In this document: positions 35,888 to 53,851 of the stretch, piece after piece
Numbering within the stretch: the first letter of the stretch is position 1
Layout: the number at the start of each line of letters is the position of its first letter
NCBI RefSeq assembly: GCF_009914755.1
Contig: NC_060929.1
Length of the DNA stretch: 64,000 bases
Strand: one strand, 5' to 3'
Source: the human T2T-CHM13v2.0 reference genome, Homo sapiens
The notes under the pieces: model-generated
Database searches by the model: none
Seen by the model: only the letters and a program-made list of their open reading frames with translations
What the model was told of the DNA's origin: nothing
Translations under genes and position numbers: made by a program

Positions 35888-38800
35888 CTCTGCTTTAGTC
35901 AGGACCTGCCTGATGAGATGTGGCCCAAAACTCAACCCAACCAGCTTGAGCAAAAAGCTGGTTTGTGGATCATAAAAAGCCAAGGTTTACTGCTTAGAGG
36001 AATGGCTAGATCCAGGTACTTAACCTATGTGCATAGAAACTGGCCTCCCCTATCTCCCAGTCTTTCTGTGGCAGAATGGCCCTGGGTTGACACCTCAGAG
36101 AGGGCACAGCTGCCTGATAGTTGCAAGGACAGCCTGCGGCTGCCACACACAGGCTCCGAGGAGCTGAGCTCAGGCCATTTCCAAAGACCTAGGGAGCAGG
36201 AATAGCAGGCCTGGGTGTCGTCTCACTAGAGCTGAGGCAGAGTTAGTCCTGTGTCAGCTTTGAGGATGGAGTAAGGTGCTGTTCCAAGCTTCCGTGAAGG
36301 CTGTTCCTGGAAGAATGGACAGGTTAAGAACAACAGTCCAGCCCATTTCTTGAACAGTTAGGGAAACTGAGTCCTGGAGAGAGCAGGCAGCTGCCTAGGG
36401 CATACAGATGTATTAGAATGAATGTGGGCCAGGTAGCTAGGCAGGGAGACAGCAGGGCTGGGGCCAGGGCCAGGGCCAGAGGCTGGCCCTAGGGAGGGTG
36501 ACATCTGAGACCAAGGGTCAGGTGTGGGGAAAGGGAGGAGGAACAGAGGCAGGCACTTGGTCAGGGGTGAGCAGTGTGCTCCCAGCAGATAGACAGATGC
36601 GCCTCAGGGTGCAGGCACTGGGCCCTCCCTGCATCTTCTCCGATTATCACCCTATGCCCCTAAGCCTCAGGTCCAGTCCCAGGGTGTCGCCTGGAGGAAG
36701 CCAGGAGTCTAGGAGGAGAGGCCGCAAGAGGCACCTCAGAAGAGCTGACCCACTCAGCTGTGTTGTTCTGGGGTCTGGGCAGCACTGAGCGGCCCTCCTA
36801 ACCAAGTGCAGGTCAGGGTGGTGAGGCCAGTCTTTCCCCAGCTCACCCTTGCTCTGTGAGCAAAGGCTGCTGTCCCCTGATAAAGAACTTTCTCCAGCAA
36901 GTGGCTGGGGCCACTGAAGCATGATTGCCCTGCTGGGAGCAGGGTAGGGGATGCTTGGATGAGGCCAGGGCAACTGGAACATGGGTGTGGACTAGCTCAT
37001 GGCCACAGCTCCGTGTCCCACAGGGGTGAGGGTGGCAGAGCTTTGCTCTGGGACAAAGGAGAAGACCGTGTCCCCTGAGGTCTCCTGCGTCCTCTCCCTG
37101 CCAGACCCATCGCTGCCGAGAGTTGGGCCTGTGCTGAGGAAGACGCATGAGCTGCAGTCGCGGCTCATGCAACACCAGGAAGGTTTTTGAGCCTCGCGGC
37201 CAGCGTGGAGTTCTGCCCTGAGCCTCCAGCTTTGTGGGACCCTGGCTGCAGGTGCCACCACTGGGCCCTGGGAGGTATCTGCTCCCGCCCCCTCATAGCC
37301 CACCCAGGAGTGCCCTCTAGCAAGGAACCTCTCCTGCCCAGCCCCTACCCTGCCCACCCAACTTCTCACTCCAGAACGTGCCCCGGGGCTAATCCCTGAG
37401 TGAGGGCATTGGGACAGAGGGTGAGCCATCCCTAGGGCCGTCAACTCAGTCTCCCCTCACCCCACCACTGCCCTGAGACATCTATTGGGTGGACACTTAC
37501 CTAGGGCCTATGTGTGCCGGGCACCATGCTGGGTGCTGGGAATATAGCAGAGAGCCCGACATGGGGTTCCTGCCCCCTGGAACTCATGGTTTAGAGAAGG
37601 GAGGCTGAAAACTAACCATACAAACAAAAGAGTAAAAACAATCATTTCGGAGAGCGCCGAGCGCCATGAAGGAAGCCATACTGGGGAGGTGGTTGAGTGC
37701 GGCGGGGCTGCTTTAGAAGGGAGGGCCCAGGAAGGGCCTCTCCAGGCACATCAGACAAGGCACTGGCCATACAGGGTCTGGGAAAAGCACCGTGGGCAGA
37801 GAGAATAGCAAGGGCGAGGCCCTGTGGCTGGCATGGACTTTGCATTGTTTTTGCAAAAAAGAGGCTGGAGCCAAGGTGGAAGGGAACAGGGCCAGGCAGG
37901 GTGTCCAGGTGGGCAAGGAGCTGGATCCTGTCCTCTGGGTGTCGACACAGGGGCAGGTGTGGCTGCAGCTCTGCCAGCAGCACCCCCAGCAGGAGGGGGT
38001 GGTGCTGTCCCCAGATGTAGGGGTCCTGACACCCATGAGGCCTTTCCCAGCACCTTCAGCCCCTGCGTAGCTGCCCCTGGCCTGGATGGCACATCCTGCA
38101 CACGTGTGACTCTGGGAGACCTGAGTGTGCCCCACCAACGCAGCACTGGGTTAGTGGGGCTGGAGTCCTTGTTCACTGGGTGTGGCCACGAGGGACAGGC
38201 AGCAGGCCCACGAGGAGTTGGCAGGCAGGGGAGAGCTGATGAGTACAGACCTGGGCAGGGGGCAGGGAATGGGGCAGACCTGAGGGCTGTTTCTGGGGGA
38301 GAAGCCACAGGACTGGATGATGGGAGATAGGAGAACATGTGAGAAGTGACAGCGATGGCAGGGGTCCTGGCAGGATGAATGGGGTACCTTTCCCAGGAGG
38401 GCGAGGAGCCCCTTCACAGCAGACAGCACCTGCTGGGACTGTGGGGCCAGGGGCATGTGGAGGAGGTCTGGAGGCAGCGGGGCCTGCGGGTGCCTGCCTG
38501 GTGCGGGTCCTCAGGGAGGAAGGAAGGACAGCACGGGCTCCAGCAGCTGCAGGCGCTTACGCAGAGCAGGAGCCTGTGAGGCCCTGCAGTACGTCTGCCC
38601 GGGATGCTTGGCACAGCCACAGCACGTGACTCAGGGAAGGGGCACCGGGCAAGGCTGCTGAGCAAGTTCACCAATAAAATCAGGAAACACTGAGGACAGA
38701 ACTTTGGGCTCTGGCCAAAGCATTTTATTAGCCGACCCGTAACTCGTCCATTCTTGGTCTGGTGAAAACCCTCCAAAGTTACTGCAAGGGCAGAGCTCCA

Positions 38801-38908
38801 GGAGAAGTCATCCTATAGTCAGCCACGGGAGGGGGCCACATTTAATGATCCTTTACAGTCCAGGGCTGCCAACCCACTGAGCCTGGGCTGGGAGGAGCAA
38901 GAGAGAGG

Positions 38909-39680
38909 GTGTGTGTGTGTATATGGATTTGCACATGTGTGCATGCATGGTATATGCAGTATGTGTATGTGCACTTGTGTAATGTGTGGTGTGTTCTATG
39001 CATGTGTATGCAGCACATGTGTGTAATGTGTGTGTGTTGTATGCTTGTGTATGTAGCGCTGTTTTGTGCACGTGTGTGCTGTATATATGTGATGCTGTGT
39101 GCATGAGTGTGTGGTATATGCATGTGTGTGTTGTCTGCTATGCGCATGTGTGCTGTGTGCATGTTGGTGCTGCGTGCATGTATGTATGTTGTGTGCATGT
39201 GCGTGGTGTATGTATGTGTTGTGTGCATGTGTGCTCTGCCTATGTGTGTGGTGCCATGTGCATTCTTGTGCTCTATGCATGTGTGTGGTGCTGTGCATGT
39301 GTGTGCTGTGTGCATGTGGGTGTGCTGTATGTGTGGTACTGTGTGCCTATGTGCTGTGTGCATGTGTGTGGTGTATGCATGTGTGTGGTGTATGTTTTAT
39401 GCTGTGTGCCTGTGTGCTGTGTGCATGTGTGTGGTGTATGTTTTATGCTGTGTGCATGCATGTGCTGTGTGCATGTGTGTGTTGTGTGCATGTGTGTGTA
39501 GCGTATGCATGTGGTGTGCTGTGCATGTGTGTGCTATATGCATGTGTGTGCTGTATTCATGTGTGGGCGGTTTGTGCATGTGTGTGTGTGCTGTGTGCAT
39601 ATATGTGGTGCTGTGTGCATATGGTGTGCTGTGTGCATGTGTGTGTTGTATGCATGTGTCGTATTGTATGCACGTGTGTG
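38909..39680. repeat. About 770-bp degenerate TG-rich minisatellite (TGTGTGCATGTGTG-like units)
   Basis: Seen directly. Confidence 0.95.
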
Positions 39681-40861
39681 GAGGGTAAGTGTGGGTCTGA
39701 TCCCAATCTGGACTGGCCCAAAGATGAAGGAAAGCATCACAGATGGGATCCCCTGGAAGCAGAGGTAGAGATGTGGGTGCAGGTTGTTTATGTGGGGGGG
39801 GGGTCCCAGGTGACCAGCCTGGTGGAGCCCCTTTGGGGAACTGCAGGAAGCATCTCGGAATTTCTCCTGCTGGGCAGAGGATTTCCCCCACGTCTCCTAT
39901 GCTTTCAGGTTGCTGCTGCATGAAGGCTGAGGAGAGTTCCGGGGCTTAAGAAACATTCCAGAGGCAGAAATGCAGGAGCTGGAGGTGGTCACTGCAAGGT
40001 TCCAGCATAGAGCCATTGCTCACTGTGCTGAGCGCAGGTGGAGAGCTCGTGGTGCAGGTGCAAACCTTGCCAGCTGCAGTGCACCCCTCGGAACACTCAA
40101 GATTCCCCCAGGTCCCGCATTAAGTCCACGAGGTCACCTCCCTCCCCTACCACCCTGCTAGGGTCCCTTCACCCATAGGCAGTAGGTGGCATATCCAGGG
40201 GTGACCTGCAGTGTTGGAGCACTGGTAACCAGGCTCTCCTTGGGCCATGCCCATCTATGTTTATAATAGGGCATGGAAATGAGAGGGGCCTGTGGCTCTT
40301 CTGAGTCCTTGACATCATCCCCTCACCCAGTCATGCCTCACCAGGAGGAGGCAGGCTGGGCGCCCCTGCTGGCAGGGACTCCTGGCCCCACCTGCTGAAT
40401 CACTGGCATGAGCAGTCCCAAGTGGCCTGGAGCATGGGTTTAGGTTTGGGGAGTCCTCCTGGGTCCTGGGGAAAGCGTCCAGCAGAGTGAAATCTGCAGG
40501 CACGGGAAGCACCTCCCGAGGGTCTTCAACCCCAAAGCTTGGGGGAACTTGTGACTCGATGGGGCCGTCAGGTTGTAGCTGAGGGCTGGGGATGTAACCC
40601 TCCTCTTCCCTACAGAGTACCCCAGGGCACCTGTCACACTCGAGGTTTCATCTCTCCCGGGCTATCAAATGTCAGCATGTGTGGAATCACCTGGAATGCC
40701 TAGGAAAAGCCAGCAACCCACGGCTCGGGTGTGGGGTTGGGGTCTGGGCGGCCCTGCTCTCGGTATCTGGAACAAGTGGCCCAGGTGAAGCTGATGCAAG
40801 CCGAAGATGGGCAAACTCCAGAAATGCTGGTGTAGAGGGATCCAGGCTTATCATCCCCATC

Positions 40862-41326
40862 TGTGGTAGGCAGAATAACGACCTCTGAAGAAGACCACTT
40901 CTTAATCCCCAGAACCTGTGGATATGTTGCCTTGGGTGCCCGAAGGGACCTGGCAGGTGGAATTAGATGAATCTTGAGATGGTGAGATGATCCTGGATTA
41001 TCCCGGTGAGCCCAGCGTAATCACAGGGGTCCTTACACGTGGAAGAGGGAGGCAGAAGGCAATCAGGCAGGCGGCGATGGGAGCGGGGTCTGGGAGATGC
41101 TGCCCTTCCGGCTTTGGAGGAAGGGGCCATGAGCAGAGGAATGTGGGTGGCTGCAAAATGCCAAGAAACAGATTCTCCCCAAGGGCCTCCAGAAGGAACC
41201 AGCCCTGCTAACACCTTGCTTTCAGCCCACTAAGACCCACGCTGGACTTCTGACCCACAGAACTGTGCTGCTTTGAGCCACTACGTTGGTGGTAATTTGC
41301 GACAGCAGCAATAGGAAAGGAAGACA
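40862..41326 (+). mobile_element. MLT1C/D-like MaLR LTR
   Basis: TGTGGTAGGCAGAATAA start; GCCTCCAGAAGGAACCAGCCCTGC; CAGCAGCAATAGGAAA end. Confidence 0.78.
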
Positions 41327-42464
41327 CCATCCCACAAGAGAGGCTGGGAAAATCGGGTGACTCGCGCAGGCGATGCCCAAGCCTCCCACATCTCTCACGG
41401 GCTGCCCCGTGTGGGTGGGAGCCTGTGGGTCTGGGCTTGGGCTCTTCCCCTCCCCAGAGCCAACAGCCTGGCTGGGCAGAGTGGTCGTGAAGCAGTGCTG
41501 GCCTCCCCCAGGAGCTGGCTTAAGGCGCATGTCCCCTAGGCCCCTGCCAGACTTCTGACTCAGAGGGCTCGGGCAGGGCTGGGGAATCCGAGTCTGTTAG
41601 CAGGTGCTCCAGTGGTCCTGAGCCCAGCCAAGTTAGGGAGCCATTGCCTCAACTGTTTCCTTCCCGTACATTATGGCTGGGCCTGTCGCTTTTCCCAGAG
41701 GGCCCGCAGACAACCGGAACGTGCCACGGGCTGTCGGGGAGCCAGGGTGCCCATGTCCTTGTGGGAAGTTGCCAGGGGTGCCCGTGTTTGCTCATTCAGC
41801 ACATGTGAATCAGGCACCTTGGCGAACAGGCTGGACACCTGGGCACACGTGTGGCAAAGTTTTTAGGTTCACAGGACAGAAAACCTCCAAGCAAGAGTGA
41901 GCGGCTGCCGTGAACGTCGGCAGGAGGTGCTGCAGGGAGCTGTGGCGAACGTGGTGAGGGTTTCTGGTGGGCCACATGTGCGCCGTGTGCGAAGCACTGG
42001 CGGGGGCCGGGGAGGAGACCCTGCAGGACTGCAGAATCCCCAGGCTGAACAGAGCCCCTGCAGGGCTGCGACCTGGGCAGGTGTGCGGGCCCTTAGCCTG
42101 TCACCATCTGAAAGTTCTTAGTAATTTGATCTTTGAATTTGTGGTTGCTAAGTCCACTGGGACCACGGAGTATGCTTGTGAGGAAACACATTCAGGCTGC
42201 GTGTCCACGCGACTCCTTGCTTGCCCCATTCACACTTAGGGCTCAGGACGCCCCTGTAGGCAGGGTGCTGGTGGGACGGCTGTTTCAGGCCGCCCAGACT
42301 CAGGCAGGTTCCAGGTAGGCACAGTACTGGACAACTGAGTCAGCGGGGCACTGACAGCCCCAGGGCCATGCTTCCTGTTCTAAGCAGAACTTGCGTCAGA
42401 CAGAGAGAAGGCAATGGTGTCCTAAAAACCACGAATGGCCACGTGACCTGATCATAGCCTTTCT

Positions 42465-45746
<3,282 letters not shown>

Positions 45747-45926
45747 GATCATAGCCTTTCTCACTCGGGTTGCTTCCCTGTATCAGTCATTCACAGAGCC
45801 AAAAATAGTGACAGAAAAGGAAAGGGGAAGATGGGGCCAGTCCTTCCTTTCCCTGTCAGCCTTCCGCACTCATCAGTAAGCTGCAGGTGGAGAGAGTAGG
45901 TAGAATGTGTATAGGTCAAAAAGTGA

Positions 45927-46553
<627 letters not shown>

Positions 46554-46897
46554 TGGTTGAGTTGGCCTTATGCAGAGTTGCCCTGGTAAGAATGAAATCC
46601 TTATGCATGTATAAGCTACACAAGACAAATTGTGTAATTTCAGTGATTCTGTATAGGCATTATTTTATATTTGCATTTAAAATAAGCATTGAACAATGTA
46701 AAAACCAACAGTAATGTTCATCTTACATTTTAATGATAACCTCATATTTTATTTACTTAGAATAACATTAAATGGCACATAAAAATGCCAGGACAAGGGG
46801 AGAGAGAGTGAGCCAGAAAGGAAAAAAGTGCTTTAACGCTAATAGCACGATTTCCCTGATTTTCAAGCCCCACCTTTTCATTTCGCTCTGGCCCCTA

Positions 46898-47278
<381 letters not shown>

Positions 47279-47619
47279 TCACGGAGGCAGGCTGTGAGGG
47301 GATGTTGTGAGCACCCCAACTGCGTTCCATTCGAGAACAAGACATGTGTAAACACAGGCCAGGCCAGACAGCCTGATGCTTTCCTACAAGAGAGCCATGG
47401 GGTGGATGACCTTCTGTGCCCCTCCCCTCCTTCTCCCTGCTTTGAGCTTGGTGGGGTCCGAAACTGAAGAGGAGGAAGTGACATGGGAGCAAAACGAGGG
47501 GCGGGGAAGGACCCCGTCTCCTCGTGCCAGATAACAAGCTGCTGTCTCTCAGCTCCAAGTCTCGCTCCTATGCTTAGCCTCGGCTGAGCTACACATCTCT
47601 CCGTTCTCAGCCGACTCCT

Positions 47620-48140
47620 TGTTGACCTTGCAAATGGGAGGTTCTAGAAGGAAACAAGAAGGCACTTGCTCCTTCCCGTCGTGCCCACTGTCCTGATGGT
47701 GGCATGTCAGCAACAGCCCTTCATGCCAACAGGGGCGGCTGGTTCCAGACTTAGCTTCATTCTGCTCTCCCAGGACAGCTTCATCACCACTCCCACAGGG
47801 CCTACCATCAGCCTGGCCATGCTGCTCCTCCCAGGTCTCGTTCCCTCTCCGTGGGGCCCTTCTCTGAACTTTCAGGCTCTGATAAGCCCAGATGCACTCT
47901 TCCCTTTAATCCTTAATCCCTAGAGGGTGGTAGCTACCTCTTAAAAGTTATTTGTTACCTCAGTTTCCTTTTTGGTTCTCTAAGTCTTCCAACATCTGTT
48001 TAGCCAAGTCCCTACCTTCAATTCTTTGTTGAAATACCTAGTGTGGGTCCTGTTTCCCTGACTGGTCCCCACTTGGTGACCCAGCCTGGTATCAGGAGTG
48101 GTGTCCTGGGAAACAGATCCTCAAAGACGGGGGAGTTCAA
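47620..48140 (+). mobile_element. LTR33-like ERVL LTR plus start of internal sequence
   Basis: GAAATACCTAGTGTGG...TGTTTCCCTGACTGG then TGGTATCAGGAGTGG...GAAACAGATCCTCAAAGA. Confidence 0.5.
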
Positions 48141-48811
48141 GTCCATAGTGTGATGGGCCAGTGAAGTGTGGGACTTTCCCATCCCTTATCTCCTGCTCCC
48201 TAGTTTGACCCTAGTAGGATAAAAAAAATTCAAGCTAGTAATAAAAGAGAGGAGGGATAGAAGCGAAATATGGGGAAGGGAAGGAATATCCCATGCCACC
48301 TTCCCTGCCTTCCTGTATATTGAATATCCCAAGCAGGGAAGGTAGAAGATTTATCTCTGAATCAATCTGGCAAGTTTGAATATCACACAGCACTAGCCAT
48401 TTTAATAACTAAACTGAAACGGAATTTTTTGCTTAGACTAAGTTTTCTGTTTTCTATGAGACCAGAAAGAGCATGGGGTCTATCAATGTTTTTAATCAAT
48501 TGCTCCCCCACTGACTAACTGTTAAGGAGTCAGGGAGTAAAATAAAATCGCATATTAGTTATGTCACATAGGCCCTGCTTATTCAGCGTACTGGTTATAC
48601 TTGATTTTATGTTCAAATATACCTAAATAAGATAACACAAACAATTTAAAGCAGCACTGGGATTTAGTACAACTGTTTTTCTTTCAAAAAAGTTCTGTAA
48701 TTTAGAAAACTTGAATATAGACTTGGCATTAACTTTAGTTTTTAAAGACAGATACTGGAAAATTTAGGGATAAAATTTAATGATGTCAATAAATTACTTA
48801 GTAAAGAAGAC

Positions 48812-49496
<685 letters not shown>

Positions 49497-50788
49497 AGAG
49501 ATACTAAAAAAAAAGTTAACAACTGTTAAGCCAAGGGAATAAAGAAGAGTGTTCATTATTCCATTCTCTCTTTCCTATATGAGAGCATTTTCATAATAAA
49601 AAGTCAAAAGGGCCTTTGCTTCTCGGTAGTACATTGTGGCAGACCAGTGTTCCTTCTGATAACCAGAAAAAGCTGAACACATTTTCAAAGGCACCAGAGA
49701 GTCATGGAAGCACAAAGACTAGATGGACTAAAATTCCCGAGGGGGAAAACTCTTCCACGGTGAACTTGGTTCTATGCATGGACTGGGGAAATGGGGTTTA
49801 AAGAAGACAAAGGGCTACTTTTGGGAGGAAGAGAACCAGCAAAGCTTTTAGCACGTGCAGAAGACTGGAGAGTTGAGGCTAATTTCTCCCTAAAGCATTT
49901 GCTGAATTCTGAGGCTGTGGGGTGAGTGGGACCTGGAGTGGGGGTGTTTAGCACACAGTAAAAAATTACTATAGACTATACACTAAATTACTATACACTA
50001 TACACGGCCACTAACAATAGATGTTGCCCCACCAATGACCCAGATACTGAAATGAGCAGATGAGGACTTTAAAATAAAAATACTTCGAAAAAATAAAATA
50101 ACTGGGCCGGATGCGGTGGCTCACGCCTGTAATCCCAGCACTTTGGGAGGCCAAGGCGGGCAGATCACGAGGTCAGGAGATCGAGACCATCCTGGCTAAC
50201 ATGATGAAACCCCATCTCTACTGAAAATACAAAAAATTAGCCAGGCGTGGTGGCGGGCGCCTGTAGTCCCAGCTATTCAGGAAGCTGAGATGGGAGAATG
50301 GCGTGAACCCGGGAGGCGGAGCTTGCAGTGAGGTGACATTGCGCCACTGCACTCCAGCCTGGGGGAGACAGAGTGAGACTCCATCTCAAGAAAAAAAAAA
50401 AAAAAAAAAAAAGGAAAAAGAAAATAACTATGGTTCAAGAAAATAGAGGGAAAGATGACAAACTGGTAAAAGGATAAAAAATTTTGACAGAGAATTAGAA
50501 TCTCTGAAAAAGAATGGGTATAAGGCTTGAAAAGGAACTTCACAAAAGATATTCATATGTCAATAAACATGAAAATGTGCTTAACTTGAATAGTCACCAC
50601 TGACTGCAAATTACAACCAAGACCATTACCCACCCTCAGAATGGGTAAAACAGAGGAGAAGATGGGTTACCTTACCTTAAAGCAGGAAAAGGTTAGAGAG
50701 GATATGTAGCAACTTGAATTCTCATCTACCACTGGTGAGAATGTAAATGGAAAAAAATGACTTGGGAAAATCGTTGGGCAGTGTCTGC

Positions 50789-51205
50789 TGTGGTAGGCGG
50801 AGTAATGGCTCCTCAAAGATGTCCCCTTCCTAATCCCTGGAACCTGTGAATACGTTACGTTACATGGCAACAAGAACTACAAAGATGTAAAGTTAAAAGA
50901 TTTAAAATAAGCAGATTATCCTGAATTATCTGGGTGTGCCCCATCTAATCACATGAGCCTTTAAAAGCAGAGAAAATTATCTGGCTGGAGCAGAATATAT
51001 GCAGCAGAAGGGAAGTCGGAGATTGCAAGCGTGAGAGAGACTCGACACGCACCTGCTGGCTCTGAGATGTAGAGGCCACTTGTAAGGACGCAGAGAGGCC
51101 TCTAGGAACTACGGGTGGCCCCAGCTAACAGCCAGCAAGGAGATGGGGACCTCGGTCCTACAACAGTAAGGAACTGAATTTGGCCAATAAGCCAAAGGAG
51201 CTCTG
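50789..51205 (+). mobile_element. MLT1D/E-like MaLR LTR (partial)
   Basis: TGTGGTAGGC...CCTAATCCCTGGAACCTGTGAATA; ACAGCCAGCAAGGA. Confidence 0.7.
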
Positions 51206-51771
51206 AAGGAAGGGAACGGTGGGAACTCAGGTTCTCTTCCTGCCTCTCTTTCCCTGACTTTAAGATGGAGCTAATAATACTGACCTCATAAAACTGTCAG
51301 TATTACATCAAACATGTTCAAATGTGTGACGTGCATAGCTATTCTTCTTCTTGAGCCAATTTTGGTATTTCTTCTAATCTTTCTTCTTGAGCCAATTTGG
51401 TATTTCTACGAATATCTGCTTCATGTGGACAACCACATCTGTTGGAACCCTGCATGCCTACAGTTATCTCCGTCTGCCGTTTTGCATGTTACTTGCACTG
51501 ACTTTTTCTTCTTCATCAGTGTTGCCAGAGATTTGTCTAAGTTATTAACCTTTGGGGTTTTGCTAATTTTTTTCTCTCAATTTGTCTTCTGGTTTCTTGA
51601 TCCCTGCTCTTATCTTCATTATTCCTCCGTTTTTGCTTCTCTGGGCTTGCTCTGTTGCTCTATTCTCTGCCTCCTGAGTTGAATGCTGAACTCATTTTTT
51701 TTGTTTTGTTTTTCCTTTTTTGGTTTATTTATTTTTTCTCTTTTTTTTTGGTCTTTGAACTCATTAAAAAA

Positions 51772-52471
51772 TTGTTTTTTGACAGAATAAACACCTTTAT
51801 TACATGGGTGGAGACTGAAAGGATGAGGATTTATTTGCCCTTCCGGGCCTTGATTTTCCTAAGATAGAACTCTGACTCCTCGCCCTCTAGCACGTAGCCA
51901 TCTGCTTGGCCACAATGTCCCGGCCGCACTGTCCCAGCCTTGATGCGATGCACGCAGGAAGCTTGCCCTGTTGGAACTGCTTCCCCAGAAGACTGATTTT
52001 GGCATTCTTTTTCCTTTCATCATACTTCTTCTGAATGTTTTAGATCATTTTTTGTTTAAAATCTCTTCCTCCTCAGGAATCAGTTTGGCCCCTTTCTTGC
52101 GGCCCAGGAGCAGCACATAGTAGGACTCGTACCACTGCTGATACAGTGTGTTGTCAATGAGTGTGATGCAGCTCCTCACCGGGGTCTCGGTACGGACCAG
52201 TTCATTCTTGGACACATTGTCGACAGCGTCGATGATGCTGGTTTTGCAATTACAACACTCTGAGCCCCAGTAGAAACTCCCCACATCCAGCCTCAGGGCA
52301 CAGTATTTTTTGTTACTTCCCTGCACACGGACTGTGTGGATGTGGTGGGGGCTGATCTTGGCATTGGCAGCAGGGCGCCCCAGCTCATACTTCCACTTCT
52401 CGTCGTTGGGCGTTCTCTTGCCCCCGGTCTTGTGGTGCTTGTGCCAGCTGTCCTGGCGCTGGCTGGAAAGA
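51772..52471 (-). pseudogene. RPS8P: Processed pseudogene of ribosomal protein S8 (eS8)
   Basis: Intronless; translates to ...[21 protein letters not shown]...[20 protein letters not shown] then ...KIKARKGK*; has the 5' CTTTCCAGCCAGCGCC leader, 3'UTR AATAAA (51801-51796) and short A tail; premature TGA at 52047-52045; start ATG missing. Confidence 0.95.
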
Positions 52472-53142
52472 CAAATCTGTCTTATTCTTAATAAACATAT
52501 TTAACCCTTGGCTGGGTCTTACCAAATTAGGCACATACTTTGTTGAGGCCACACACTTTTAGGAATTTCAAATTTTTCCTTATGATTTCCTCTGTCACCT
52601 AGATTGCTTAGTGTATTGTTAGTCTCCAGATGTGTAAGATATTTTAAAATTTATTTTGAATTGTATCACATTACCCTATGATGTTGACTTTGGGATTTAC
52701 TGAGACTTCTTCTGTGGACTGATACAGGCAGTATTCCTGTAAGTTCCCTGTGTTGAAAAGAATTTGCCTGTTGGGTCTAGTGCTCTCTCTGGGCCCAGGT
52801 AGAGAGCTGTGGCATTCCAGTCTTCTAGTTATTCGCTCCTTTTTCACACACCTGACCTGTCCATTCCTGAGAGGGGTGCATTCAAATTTCAAGCCACACT
52901 TTTTGGTATTTTGTTTCTCCTCATGGTACTGTCAATCATCATACACACGCACACAGAGTTATATATTATACATATACTACATGGTGCATGATTTGTAATT
53001 TTATATATTGTTAGGTTTTCTATTTGCTCACGGACCTTAACTCTTTTTGATTAGTGTGTTTTGGTCATTTACATTTATTTTAACTACTGGTATATTAGGG
53101 CTTATTTATGCTTTTATTTCATTTTTCCTATTTACCATATTT

Positions 53143-53193
53143 CTGATAAGAACAAACACTATACTTGATCTCAGCCAAAAGGCCAAGAAGCAA
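53143..53193 (-). pseudogene. RNU2-P: U2 snRNA 5' fragment (3'-truncated retropseudogene)
   Basis: TTGCTTCTTGGCCTTTTGGCTGAGATCAAGTATAGTGTTTGTTCTTATCAG matches U2 nt 2-52 at 45/51 by eye; no Sm site or 3' domain. Confidence 0.9.
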
Positions 53194-53668
53194 GGGTGAT
53201 ATTTTCTTTTTCTCCCCTTTTCCTGACTGAATTTCCTTCTGGCCCAAGTAATGAATTTTATTTTTGTCTATCAATTTTAACAATTTTTTAAAATGTTAGG
53301 CATCCATCCCACAAACCCAGGTGCGTCCCTAACATCCTCTCACATTCCTCTGGTCTCTCTCCCTGTTTCATCTCCACCTCCATCAGCAGAGTTGGTATCA
53401 TTCTTGGAGCTTTATTTATGAAGTCTTGAGGTCTAGAAAAATGTCCAAAGGTTACGAGTTACTCCTTAGGCCTCTCAGAAGCCACACTGACTCCTTAGTA
53501 GCTTCTCTGAAGTCAACACCAACGCATTCAGCCGCATGTAGGTAGCTCACTACAAACGCTATTATGCAGACACACATGTACATGGCTACCTATACCTGTG
53601 TCTGTCTATAAAATACATGTGTATACATGATGTATACATGAAGTTGAGACTTTTTTTTTTTTTTTTGA

Positions 53669-53851
<183 letters not shown>

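Noticed and set aside
38842-39923. 274-aa Cys-rich ORF and overlapping ORFs resembling metallothionein or keratin-associated proteins
   Set aside because: Artefact of the TG minisatellite; no splice or promoter context
51345-51407. Tandem duplication TTCTTCTTGAGCCAATTT(T)GGTATTTCT
   Set aside because: Short slippage duplication in decayed L1-like sequence; nothing points to function
52045-52326. 93-aa ORF as a functional RPS8 paralogue
   Set aside because: No native ATG, premature stop and many non-conservative changes
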